A stretch of DNA of 64,000 bases from an uncultured delta proteobacterium (lineage in GTDB: Bacteria; Desulfobacterota; Binatia; DP-6), in the NCBI GenBank assembly GCA_963815115.1, contig CAWFFN010000005.1:128001-192000 (forward strand). Reading direction: 5' to 3'. Below are positions 38,916-47,902 of this stretch, piece after piece; the first letter of the stretch is position 1, and every line of letters begins with the position of its first letter. The translations under genes were made by a program, and so were the position numbers. Under the pieces are notes generated by a model. The model ran no database searches. It was given only the letters and a program-made list of their open reading frames with translations, and was not told the DNA's origin.

Positions 38916-39911
38916 ATGAGGACGCGTGAACTGCTGAAGCTGCGCAACACCGGTCATCCCGGCATCAACGCGCTCTTCGCCAAGGCGCATTCGGCCGACT
39001 GGGACTTCGAGAAGGACGTCGACTGGAGCGTGCCGGTCGAGCCCGAGGATCCGCTCGTGGGACACGGGTGGGCCGCATACGGCAAGACGCCGACGTTCCA
39101 GGCCCTCCCCGAGCCGGCGAAGGTCCACGCGACCCGGCGCGCGGTCGGCCGCATGCTCAACATTCTCCAGGTCGGCGAGAGCGTGGCGCAGAACGTCTGC
39201 GCCAGGCTGGTCCTCACGCTCCGCGAGGAGGACTACCGCAACCACGCCGCGGCGCAGGCGATGGACGAGGCCCGGCACCATCTCGCATACCGCCGCTTCC
39301 TCGACGCGATGGACGAGCAGGTCGAGGACATCGACGCCGGCACCGAGATGATGTTCGACGCCCTCCTGGCGATGAACGATCCCCTCGAGCTGATCGCGAC
39401 CGAGCAGTTCTTCCTCGAGAGCTTCGCGATGAGCATCTTCGAGGGCATCCGCCGGGAGGCACGGCACCCGTTGCTGCGCAGGATCATCGAGCTCATCACG
39501 CGAGACGAGAGCCGCCACATGGGATTCGGTGTCCTGTACATCGCGGAGTGGATGCGCCGGGAGCCGCTCGAGCGCCGGATCGCGTTCGCGCGCCGCTGGA
39601 TGGCACAGATACTCGGCTCCGTGCTGGACCGTCCCGGTCCGATCATGCTCGCGCGCGTCATCCGCCGGCTGCGCGAGGCGGGCGTGGCCGATGCGGAGAC
39701 GCTGGCACCCCGGATGCTGCGCGAGCAGCAGGAGATCAACGCCGCCGAGCTCGCCGAAGCCGCCTCGGGCGCGAGCGTTCCTCACCTCCTGCGCAGCGCG
39801 CGCCGCGCGGGCCTGCTCGAGCCCGAGATCCTGGAGGCGCTCGACCTGTCGAGCGAGCCCTTGATTCTCGGGGCGCTGCGCGGGTCGATCGAGGCGGAAG
39901 CGCGCGCCTAG
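38916..39911 (+). CDS. ferritin-like diiron protein (AurF / R2-like)
   Basis: E...DEARH...E...DESRH carboxylate-His diiron pattern. Confidence 0.8.
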   Translation: MRTRELLKLRNTGHPGINALFAKAHSADWDFEKDVDWSVPVEPEDPLVGHGWAAYGKTPTFQALPEPAKVHATRRAVGRMLNILQVGESVAQNVCARLVLTLREEDYRNHAAAQAMDEARHHLAYRRFLDAMDEQVEDIDAGTEMMFDALLAMNDPLELIATEQFFLESFAMSIFEGIRREARHPLLRRIIELITRDESRHMGFGVLYIAEWMRREPLERRIAFARRWMAQILGSVLDRPGPIMLARVIRRLREAGVADAETLAPRMLREQQEINAAELAEAASGASVPHLLRSARRAGLLEPEILEALDLSSEPLILGALRGSIEAEARA

Positions 39912-39930
39912 CCGCCGCCTAGCCGTCGGA

Positions 39931-40407
39931 TCAGCTCGCTGCCGCGGCCAGCGCGTCGCCGGTGAGCCGATGCATGGTCCAGGTGTCCAGCGCGACGGCG
40001 CCGAGACGCCGGTAGAACCCCAGCGCGGGGGCGTTCCAGTCGAGCACGGCCCACTCCAGCCGGCCGTACCCCCGCGCCACGGCCAGCCGCGCGACGTGCG
40101 CGAGCAACGCGCGCCCGATCCCGCGACGGCGGTGCGATTCCAGGACGAAGAGATCCTCGAGCCAGAGTCCCTGCTTGCCGAGCCACGTCGAGTAGGTCGG
40201 GAAGCAGAGCGCGAACCCGACCGTCTCGCCGTCGTCCTCGGCCAGGAAGCACTCGAACGGTGGTCGCGGGTCGGCGAGCTGTGCCCGGATCACGTCGGGC
40301 GTCGAGAGGACGGCGTCGGGCTCGCGCTCGTACGCGGCCAGCGCGGCGATCAGCCGGTGAACCTCCGCAGCGTCCTCGGGCGCGGCGGGGCGGATGGTCG
40401 TCGACAT
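39931..40407 (-). CDS. GNAT N-acetyltransferase (diamine acetyltransferase-like)
   Basis: LAAYE, YSTWLG, LWLEDLFV, RRRGIG and WAVLDWN. Confidence 0.92.
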   Translation of the reverse strand: MSTTIRPAAPEDAAEVHRLIAALAAYEREPDAVLSTPDVIRAQLADPRPPFECFLAEDDGETVGFALCFPTYSTWLGKQGLWLEDLFVLESHRRRGIGRALLAHVARLAVARGYGRLEWAVLDWNAPALGFYRRLGAVALDTWTMHRLTGDALAAAAS

Positions 40408-40507
40408 GACACGGGATCGTGCCCCAGCGCCGGTCCGCGATCCAGCGCGTCCTCGAATCGGCACTTCTCGCGTGGTACGAGTCCGGCGAGCAGCCGGAAC
40501 GTTGGTG

Positions 40508-41695
40508 ATGAAGCATGTTGGCTTCGCGGTGCGCGCGCCGGGCGACGGGTCGGGACGCGACGTGCTCGACGATCTCGCCGCGCGCGGCTTCACGCGGCGT
40601 CACGTGCTGCGCGTCGCCGCGCTGCTGAGCGCGAGCGCGGCCCTGCCCCTCGGCTCGGAGCGCGCGCTCGCCCAGCTCTCCAACACGGGTGCGCTTCCCG
40701 ACGACGCGGTGAAGATCAATGCCAACGAGTTTCCCGAGGGCCCGTCGGAGCGTGCACTCGCAGCGCTGGCCGGGGCGGCGCGACGTGGGAACCGCTACCA
40801 GTACCCGGAGACCGACGGCCTCGTCGAAGCGGCCGCCGCGCTCGAGGGGCTGAAGCCCGAGCACTTCGCGGTGTACCCGGGTTCGAGCCTGGCGCTGCAT
40901 CACGCCGTGATCGCGTTCACCTCGCCCGAACGCGCGCTGGTCGTCGCCGAGCCGGGCTACGAAGCTGCGGCCGTCGCGGCGACCTTCATCGGCGCACCCG
41001 TCGTCCGCGTGCCGTTGCGCGCGGACGCCTCCCACGACCTGCCGGCCATGCTGGCGGCCTCCAGGCAGCACCCGGCCGGGTTGTTCTACGTGTGCAATCC
41101 CAACAACCCCACCGGCACGGTGACGCCGCGCGCCCAGATCGAGGCGCTGGTGGCGGCCATGCCGCGCGACTCCGTGATGCTGCTCGACGAGGCGTACATC
41201 CACCTGTGCGACGAGCCGCGCGGCGTCGACCTCGTGCGGGCGGGCAAGAACGTCGTCGTGCTGCGCACCTTCTCGAAGATCTTCGGCATGGCCGGCCTGC
41301 GCGCCGGGTTCGCGATCGCCCGCAAGGACCTCCTGGCGCGCATGACGCCCTGGAACACCGGCGCGATGCCCGCCACCGCCATGGCCGCGGCGCACGCGGC
41401 GCTGGGCGAGACCGAGCTCATCGCCGCGCGCAAGCGCGGCAATGCGGAGCGCCGCGCCGACCTGATGCGCTTCTTCGACGCGCACGGCTTCCGCTACACG
41501 CCGTCCGTCGCCAACCACCTGATGGTCGACGCGCGCCTGCCCACCAGCCAGGTGATCGACGGGCTGAAGCAGCGCAACGTCTACATCGGCCGTCCGTGGC
41601 CGGCGTGGCCGACGCACGCGCGCGTCTCGATCGGCAGCGCTCCGGACATGGAGCGCTTCAAGAGCGCGTTTCTCGCGGTCGTGGGGCGCGGGTAG
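40508..41695 (+). CDS. PLP-dependent class I/II aminotransferase (HisC-like) with twin-arginine signal
   Basis: FTRRHVL...ALA signal; NANE, CNPNNPTG, LDEAY and RTFSKIFGMAGLRAG. Confidence 0.85.
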   Translation: MKHVGFAVRAPGDGSGRDVLDDLAARGFTRRHVLRVAALLSASAALPLGSERALAQLSNTGALPDDAVKINANEFPEGPSERALAALAGAARRGNRYQYPETDGLVEAAAALEGLKPEHFAVYPGSSLALHHAVIAFTSPERALVVAEPGYEAAAVAATFIGAPVVRVPLRADASHDLPAMLAASRQHPAGLFYVCNPNNPTGTVTPRAQIEALVAAMPRDSVMLLDEAYIHLCDEPRGVDLVRAGKNVVVLRTFSKIFGMAGLRAGFAIARKDLLARMTPWNTGAMPATAMAAAHAALGETELIAARKRGNAERRADLMRFFDAHGFRYTPSVANHLMVDARLPTSQVIDGLKQRNVYIGRPWPAWPTHARVSIGSAPDMERFKSAFLAVVGRG

Positions 41696-41710
41696 GCGCG
41701 CTGCGCGGCT

Positions 41711-41908
41711 CTAGTGCGCAAGCAGTACCCGCTCGGAGGAGTTGTACTCGTCCAGCGCCTTTAGAACGTCCTCGCCCGTGCTTCGGAGAGCAAGCTGGCA
41801 GGCGCGCGCGATTGTTCGATCCCATAGAGGAAGGAACCTTGGGGCGAGAAGATGGAGGCATTTGGCGGCCAGTCGCTCAGCGATACGCACGCTCAGCACC
41901 CTTGACAA
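41711..41908 (-). pseudogene. fragment of an unknown gene (lower-GC relic)
   Basis: AAKCLHLLAPRFLPLWDRTIA...LKALDEYN reads like an internal/C-terminal piece of a conserved protein; no RBS; codon usage atypical. Confidence 0.35.
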
Positions 41909-41975
41909 TCAAGCCCGCTCGCCGAGCGAACTATGCGAGAGGCAGCGACGAACCGCCCATCGGTGCGCGAGCCGC

Positions 41976-42617
41976 TCAGGCCGCCTCCGGTCCGCGCCAG
42001 TCGAACGGGAAGTGCTTGCTCGACTTGCCGCTGCGGTCCCACTTGAAGCCGAAGCCGTCGGCGCGGTCCGTCGTGGCGACGCCCCAGGTGGCGACCTGCC
42101 CCGGGCCGACTTCCGCGCCCGGCGCGTTGTGCACCTGCACGCGCCGGCCCGGTGGCGTGGTCGGCCCGGTGAGCGCCTGCGCCTCGCCGAGCGCGATGCC
42201 GGGGATTTCAACGCGCCAGCTCGACAGGTCATCGGCGACCTCGAAGTCGATGTGGGCCAGCGCGGTGCCGCGTACCGTTTCGACAAGGCCGGCGAAGCCG
42301 GCCATCCAGCCCCCGGCCTGCCCGCCCCAGATGGCCTGGAGGGCCTGCTGCTGCTCGGCGCTGGCGCTGTCGTCGATGTAGAACGCCATCTGCGCCTTCG
42401 CGCCGGCCCAGATGTTGCCGGTGAAGCTCGACAGCGCCACCACGCTGAGCCCCGACAGGGCGACCGCGCCGTAGTGGCCTTGGTCGATGTGCCAGGCCAG
42501 GATGCCGTCGCAGGTGTTGTCGGTCGGCGGCTGCGCAAACGTGCAAGGGCACGGGATGTTGCACTTGCAGACGTCGAACCAGTCGCCCTTCAAGTGCCAC
42601 TGCGGAACGTCGGCCAT
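41976..42617 (-). CDS. DUF1326 domain protein
   Basis: W.LKGDWFDVCKCNIPCPC...PT...CDG..AWHIDQG.YG.V.LSGL pattern. Confidence 0.85.
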   Translation of the reverse strand: MADVPQWHLKGDWFDVCKCNIPCPCTFAQPPTDNTCDGILAWHIDQGHYGAVALSGLSVVALSSFTGNIWAGAKAQMAFYIDDSASAEQQQALQAIWGGQAGGWMAGFAGLVETVRGTALAHIDFEVADDLSSWRVEIPGIALGEAQALTGPTTPPGRRVQVHNAPGAEVGPGQVATWGVATTDRADGFGFKWDRSGKSSKHFPFDWRGPEAA

Positions 42618-42719
42618 CGCGGGCCTCCCTTCAGCGCCTGATAGAGCGGCCACGCTAGCCGATCGAAATCGGTCCTTTCAAGGCTTGGGGCACGAAGGCT
42701 CGGCTCATCGCGCCGCAAT

Positions 42720-42950
42720 TCACCAGATGCTCACCCGCTGCTGCGGCGGCAAGTGCATCACATCGCCCGGCTTGGCGCCGAAGGCTTCGTAGAACGTATG
42801 CAGGTTCGGCAGCACGCCGTTGACGCGAAACTCCCCGGCGAGTGGACGCCCTCCTTGACCGTCTCGACCAGGTCCTCGTTCCTCCACTTGATTCGCCAGA
42901 TACGCGCCCACCCGTGGAAGAAGCGCTGGTCGCTGCTCAGGCCGCCGAGG
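42720..42950 (-). pseudogene. C-terminal fragment of an M13 (neprilysin/PepO) metallopeptidase, frameshifted
   Basis: DQRFFHGWARIWR...GVHSPG / EFRVNGVLPNL..FYEAFG.KPGD.M.LPP..RVSIW; one G is missing in a G-run near 42835. Confidence 0.8.
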
Positions 42951-43292
42951 TGCAAGCTGGGGTTCACCCTTCCGCCGTGCAGCGTGGTGAAGCGGACCGC
43001 CTCCATTGAACCGGCCGACCTGCCGCCGTTCACGAACCAGTCCGCTCCCTGTCCGCGCTGCGGTTGCCGTTCCCCATTCGGGTGCACTTCGACCGCGACT
43101 GCGCGCGGGCGCGCGCCGATTTCGATCGGCCGTCCCCGTGCGCCGCGGAGTGGATCGAGCGCCGCCCCGCGCTCGCCGAGACGTGCGGGCAAGCGGGTCG
43201 CGTTGTGGGCGCCGGGACAGCTCGGGGACACTTCGGGGACACGCGGTGGCCTAGCTTGCTAATCATCGCGCGCAAGGCCACGAATTTTCGAA

Positions 43293-43376
43293 TGCCGAGG
43301 AGGGGAATCGAACCCCTAAGGGCGTGAGCCCGGGCGATTTTGAGTCGCCTGCGTCTGCCAGTTCCGCCACCTCGGC
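43293..43376 (-). tRNA. tRNA-Leu(CAA)
   Basis: GCCGAGGTGGCGGAACTGGCAGACGCA-GGCGA-CTCAAAA-TCGCC-long variable arm-AGGGGTTCGATTCCCCT-CCTCGGCA. Confidence 0.96.
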
Positions 43377-43778
43377 GTTTGTGCGGGATGAGGAACCTAC
43401 GGCGGTCCTGCCGTCCGGTGCAACCCCGGAGTCGGCCCGTATGCCTTCCTGATCGAGACCGAGCCTCCGGATCCCGGGACAGTCATCGGCGCTAGGAAGA
43501 TGTCGGCGTATCCCTGCTGCCTTTTGGATCTCACGCCACGATGCCACGCATGCGGGCATGATCTCTACTATCGGCACGGTCGGCACGTTCGCGTAGGTTG
43601 GTTTCGCCCGAGGGGCGCGTCGAGGCTTCCCACCGTTCGTCCCTGCGCGCTGCCCCCGCCTCTGAACGCGCGGGCGCCGGCCGGGGCAGGAAGGGGTCTA
43701 CGACCGCTCGGCGGACCGCAAGAAAGGGGGGTAGCCCCGCAGGAAGGTCCGTGCTACCTCGGGTCAGGAGGATCGGCC

Positions 43779-43976
43779 GTGGCACCTCGCAGCAGTTCCG
43801 CATCCGCCGGCGACGCGAGCCCCGAGCCCCTCGTAAACCTGAACGCCCGCGTACCCAAGCATCTGTGGCGACGGGTACGTTTGCGCTGCCTCGAAGAGGG
43901 CCGCCTTCTTCGTGCCTTCATCACCGAGGCCCTGCAGGAGCATCTCCGGGCCCGCGCGCGCGGCCGGCGACACTAG
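43779..43976 (+). CDS. small ribbon-helix-helix-like DNA-binding protein
   Basis: AGGAGG RBS then GTG; VNLNARVPKHLWRRVRLRCLEEG..LRAFITEALQEHL fits a beta-helix-helix pattern. Confidence 0.6.
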   Translation: MAPRSSSASAGDASPEPLVNLNARVPKHLWRRVRLRCLEEGRLLRAFITEALQEHLRARARGRRH

Positions 43977-44053
43977 CGCTCCGCTTCCATAGCGCGACGC
44001 ACGCAACGTCGCGAGCGCACCGGCCGGCGCGGCGCACCGCCTTGCGCGCGGCG

Positions 44054-44755
44054 CTACGGCGTCTGGTCGGCGGGACCGCCGCCGCGGCGGCGATCGGCGG
44101 CGAGCGCCGACGGAACCAGCTCGGGCCCCGGTTTGCTGTCGATCTTGTGCACCGCCGTCTGCGCCAGGGCGCGCAGCGTCGGGTCGCTGCCTTCATCCAC
44201 GATCCGCCGCAGCGGGCCGAGCGCATCCTTGTCGCCGATGTCGCCGAGGGCAAAGATGGCGTTGCCGCGCAGGCCACGGTCGCCGTCGCGAGCGAGGAAG
44301 TCGAGGATCGGTTTGGTCGCTCGCGGATCGCCGATCTTGCCGAGCGCCACCAGGATGTGCTGCTTCGTCGTCGTCTCGGTGCCGCGCATGAAGAGCTGCT
44401 GGACGAGCGGACCGACGGAGTCCTTGGCGTGCATGTTGCCGAGCACGTCGACGGCCTTCAGGCGAATGGCCATGTCGGGATCGTTGGCGGCCTGCAGCAG
44501 GTAGCCGACGGCCTTCGCCTCGTCGTCCGTCTGGCCGAGCTGCTGCACGCCTTCGAGACGGCTGGCCTGGTCGTCGGAGTTGAAGTTGCGCAGCGCCTCG
44601 TCCAGCTTGATCTTGGACTGGGCCTTCGCGCCCGGCGCGCTCAGCTTGTCGCGCAGCTGCCCGCGGTTGTTCTGGTCCTGCGGGCTGAAGTTCAACTGTG
44701 CCTGCGCGAGCGCTGGAACGAGCAGCACGAGAAGCGCGGGGAGCCGGCGCAGCAT
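44054..44755 (-). CDS. exported HEAT-repeat protein
   Basis: Signal peptide MLRRLPALLVLLVPALAQA; repeated ALGKIGD/ALGDIGD units. Confidence 0.8.
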   Translation of the reverse strand: MLRRLPALLVLLVPALAQAQLNFSPQDQNNRGQLRDKLSAPGAKAQSKIKLDEALRNFNSDDQASRLEGVQQLGQTDDEAKAVGYLLQAANDPDMAIRLKAVDVLGNMHAKDSVGPLVQQLFMRGTETTTKQHILVALGKIGDPRATKPILDFLARDGDRGLRGNAIFALGDIGDKDALGPLRRIVDEGSDPTLRALAQTAVHKIDSKPGPELVPSALAADRRRGGGPADQTP

Positions 44756-44858
44756 GGAGGTGGGGAGTGTTCCCGAAGGCGGCGCAGATTGCAAACGTCG
44801 AGCGGGTACCTTTCGCGACGTGCGGGCGGTCTGCTAGAAGGCGCCGGCGGAGGTGGAG

Positions 44859-45341
44859 ATGGGTTGGACGGCGGTGCTCCGGGGTGTGGGGCGGCTGCTC
44901 GACGCGAGCGGTCTCGAGGACCTGTTCGACGGCTCCGACGATGAGGTCTCCGACCTCTACGCCGTCCTTGCCGACATCGCCCTCGGCCCTCGCGGCCGGC
45001 GCTATACGACGGTGTGCTGGGCAGCTCGTCGCCGCGGGGTGACGCCGTCATACGTGTGCGACCGGGCCGCGACCCTGCTGGCCGCGCTCGACGCGCGCCG
45101 GCGGACCGATCTCTACCGGCTGCTGGGGGTCACCCCCCTGGCGTCTCCCGAGGAGCTGGCTGGCCGCTGGCACGAGCTGCTGCGGAGCGGGCATCCGCGA
45201 GTGGGAGGCGATCCGGCGCGGTTCCGGGATGCAAAGGAAGCCTGGGAAGTGCTCGGCCATCCGCAGCGCCGCGCCGAGTACGAACGCTGGTGGGTGCAGG
45301 CGCTCGCTCCCTTCCAGCGGGTTCCCGGGGCGAGCGCCTAG
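44859..45341 (+). CDS. protein with a C-terminal degenerate J (DnaJ) domain
   Basis: DLYRLLGV...HPRVGGDPARF...EAWEVLG.P.RRAEYE; HPD appears as HPR. Confidence 0.65.
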   Translation: MGWTAVLRGVGRLLDASGLEDLFDGSDDEVSDLYAVLADIALGPRGRRYTTVCWAARRRGVTPSYVCDRAATLLAALDARRRTDLYRLLGVTPLASPEELAGRWHELLRSGHPRVGGDPARFRDAKEAWEVLGHPQRRAEYERWWVQALAPFQRVPGASA

Positions 45342-45539
45342 GAGCGCGACCGAGACGGAGGGCGAGAATCAGACTCGATGAACCGTGTGTTCGTCGTACC
45401 GCGAGCGGCGAAGCCGCCGCGGCAAACGTTCCGGAGGACGGGCCGGCTTTGCCGGCCGCGGCACGTCGTCCGCTCGATTCGCCGAACGCCACCCGCGCGC
45501 CTCCGCTTTCGACCCGAGACAGAGTCTCGGGTCGCGCTC
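45342..45539. mobile_element. 198-bp MITE-like inverted pair of the two-hairpin repeat, flanked by CTAG
   Basis: Terminal inverted repeats GAGCGCGACC(C)GAGAC; CTAG at 45338-41 and 45540-43; internal units 45342-45423 (-) and 45442-45534 (+). Confidence 0.65.
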
Positions 45540-46214
45540 CTAGTCGAGGGCCCCGGAGGCGGGTTCCTCGGGGCGGATCACGAGGCGTGGCGGAGGTCCG
45601 GCCGGAACCGCGCCTCCCGTGTCGCGGGCCAGGGCCGCTTCCCAGGCCGCGGTGGCCGCCACGAGCTGCTCGACGTCGGCCCAGGGCAGGGTGCCGGCGG
45701 GGCTTCCGGCGAGCCGGGCGCGGCCCTCGCGCATCAGGGTGCGAGCCCCGCGCGGATTCCCGTGTGCCAGGTGATGGAAGGCAACCGCCACCTGGATGAG
45801 GCCCTGCAACGCCTGACGGCGGGCGCCGCCCTCGCGCTGCCACACGGCTTCGAGGACCTCGTGCACCTCGAAGAAGAGCTCCTGCTCCCAGAGCGCGCCC
45901 GCCTGCACGATGGCGCGCCCGACCGGGTCCGCGTGCCTGCCGTCGCGCGCGCGGTGCGCCGTCGCCGCGCGCAACCCCCGCTCGGCGTGCGCTCGCACGG
46001 CCGCATCCCAGGGCGCATGCACCGCGAGCAGGCTGCTGCCGCCCGGATCGACCAGATGAACCGCGGCGAGTCGGCGCGCGGCGGCGGCGGAAGGCTGCTC
46101 GTCCGGTGCTGCGAGCCACGCGAGCGCGGCGAGCGAGTCGTCTCCCTCGAGAGCACTACACACCAGATCCGCGAGCGCGTTGCGCAGCGGGAGCGGGAAG
46201 CCGGGAGTTGCCAT
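45540..46214 (-). CDS. DUF309 domain protein
   Basis: LW..ELFFEVHEVLEAVW...LQGLIQVAVAFHH...GNPRGA. Confidence 0.85.
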   Translation of the reverse strand: MATPGFPLPLRNALADLVCSALEGDDSLAALAWLAAPDEQPSAAAARRLAAVHLVDPGGSSLLAVHAPWDAAVRAHAERGLRAATAHRARDGRHADPVGRAIVQAGALWEQELFFEVHEVLEAVWQREGGARRQALQGLIQVAVAFHHLAHGNPRGARTLMREGRARLAGSPAGTLPWADVEQLVAATAAWEAALARDTGGAVPAGPPPRLVIRPEEPASGALD

Positions 46215-46265
46215 GACGTTCTCGGTCGCGGCGTGCCGAGGACTGTGGTAGCAGGCCGGAGCGCC

Positions 46266-47126
46266 GTGGGTCACGTCTACACCGGACAGATACGCGTTCG
46301 CCATGATGAGCTCGATGCGTTCGGGCGGGTGCATCCGTCGGCGTATCTGCGTCACCTGGCGCAGATCGCGATCGACGCCAGCAGCGCAGTCGGCTTCGAC
46401 GCGCGCTGGTACGAAGCGGCGGGGGCACACTGGCTGGTGCGGCGAACGACCTTCGAGCTGCTCCGGCCGGCTCGTGCCGAGGCGGCGCTCGACGTTCGCA
46501 CTTGGGTCGAGGACTTCCGGCGCGTGCGCTCGCGCCGGCGCTACGAGGTCGCCGAGCCGCACGGGACGCTCGCCCTCACGGCCGTCACCGACTGGGTCTT
46601 CGTCGACCTGGCCAGCGGGCGGCCGCGACGTGTCCCGGCAGAGATGGAGCGGCTCTTCGGGGTCGAGGTCAAGTCGGGCGCGGCTCGTCCGGCGTGGCGC
46701 GCGCCCGCGCCCCCGCCGAACCCCGGGCGCAGCACCTACCGCGCGCGCTGGGCCGAGCTCGACGCCCTGGGGCACATGAACAACGCGGCCTACCTCGATC
46801 TGCTGATCCAGGCCACGCTCGACGTGCTCGCCGGCCTCGGCTGGCCGATCGAGCGGCTCTCGGTCGATGGCGCGGTCCCGCTCGTGACCGGGGGCGACGT
46901 CGAGTATCTCGACGAGGTGCGCCACGACGATCGTCTCGAGACCTGCACGTGGTTCACGCCCGCGTCGCACGGTCTCGACGTCCACCAGCGCACCGTACGG
47001 CTCGCGGACGGCCGTGCCGTGGTGCAGGCGAACACGGCGTGGCGCTGGGCCGATGCGGTGAGCGACGCACCCGCCGAGCCACCACGCGAGGTGCGCTCCG
47101 CCCTGCGCCCCCTCCTGGCGGCGTAG
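46266..47126 (+). CDS. double hot-dog acyl-ACP/acyl-CoA thioesterase
   Basis: VRHDELDAFGRV and second repeat RWAELDALGHMNNAAY. Confidence 0.85.
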   Translation: MGHVYTGQIRVRHDELDAFGRVHPSAYLRHLAQIAIDASSAVGFDARWYEAAGAHWLVRRTTFELLRPARAEAALDVRTWVEDFRRVRSRRRYEVAEPHGTLALTAVTDWVFVDLASGRPRRVPAEMERLFGVEVKSGAARPAWRAPAPPPNPGRSTYRARWAELDALGHMNNAAYLDLLIQATLDVLAGLGWPIERLSVDGAVPLVTGGDVEYLDEVRHDDRLETCTWFTPASHGLDVHQRTVRLADGRAVVQANTAWRWADAVSDAPAEPPREVRSALRPLLAA

Positions 47127-47137
47127 CGGGAGCGGAG

Positions 47138-47902
47138 GTGTCGCCGCCGCTCGCCGACCGCGTCGGAGTGGTCACTGGCGCTTCGTCCGGGATCGGCGCC
47201 GCCACCGCCGTGGCGCTCGCAGAGGCTGGCATGACCGTCGTGCTGGGCGCCCGTCGCGCCGACGCGCTCGCGGCGGTGCGAGATCGGATCCGGCAGGCCG
47301 GCGGTCGGGCGGAGGCCATCGCGACCGACCTGCGCGATCCCGATCAGGTCACCGCACTGGTGAACGCAGCCGTCGACCGATTCGGGCGGCTCGACGCGCT
47401 CGTGAACAATGCGGCCATCGGATATCTCCGGCCGATCGCGGAGGGCCGGATCGACGAGTGGCGCGCCGTCCTCGACACCAACGTGCTCGGGACGCTGGTC
47501 GCGTGCCGCGCGGCGCTCGACCACATGGTGCGCCGCGGGCGAGGGGACATCGTGATGATGGGGTCGGCCGCCGCGAACGAGCCGTGGCCCTATCTCGGCG
47601 TGTACGCCGCGTCGAAGGCGGCCATCCTGGCGCTGGCGCGCAGCCTGCGCGCGGAGGTGGCGGCGCGCGGCATTCGTGTGATGACGGTGGAAATCCACAA
47701 CGTCGGCGGCACGGGATTTGCCGAGAACTTCGATCCCGCGCTGCTGCCGGCCGCCCTGAAGCGCTGGGCGGAGCTCGGAGTTCTCAACCCGCAGGCGCCG
47801 ACCATCACCCCGGAGGCCGTGGCGCGAGCCGTGGTCTTCCAGCTCGCCCAGGCGGAGCCGGCGAGCATCCACTCGGTCGTGATCCGCTCGCGCGAAAATT
47901 AG
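47138..47902 (+). CDS. SDR family oxidoreductase
   Basis: TGASSGIG, ARR, NNA and YAASK. Confidence 0.9.
   Translation: MSPPLADRVGVVTGASSGIGAATAVALAEAGMTVVLGARRADALAAVRDRIRQAGGRAEAIATDLRDPDQVTALVNAAVDRFGRLDALVNNAAIGYLRPIAEGRIDEWRAVLDTNVLGTLVACRAALDHMVRRGRGDIVMMGSAAANEPWPYLGVYAASKAAILALARSLRAEVAARGIRVMTVEIHNVGGTGFAENFDPALLPAALKRWAELGVLNPQAPTITPEAVARAVVFQLAQAEPASIHSVVIRSREN

Noticed and set aside
43380-43778. Possible ncRNA upstream of the RHH-like gene (CAGGAAGG twice, hairpin near the RBS)
   Set aside because: It does not fit SRP, 6S, tmRNA or any riboswitch consensus I can recognise.
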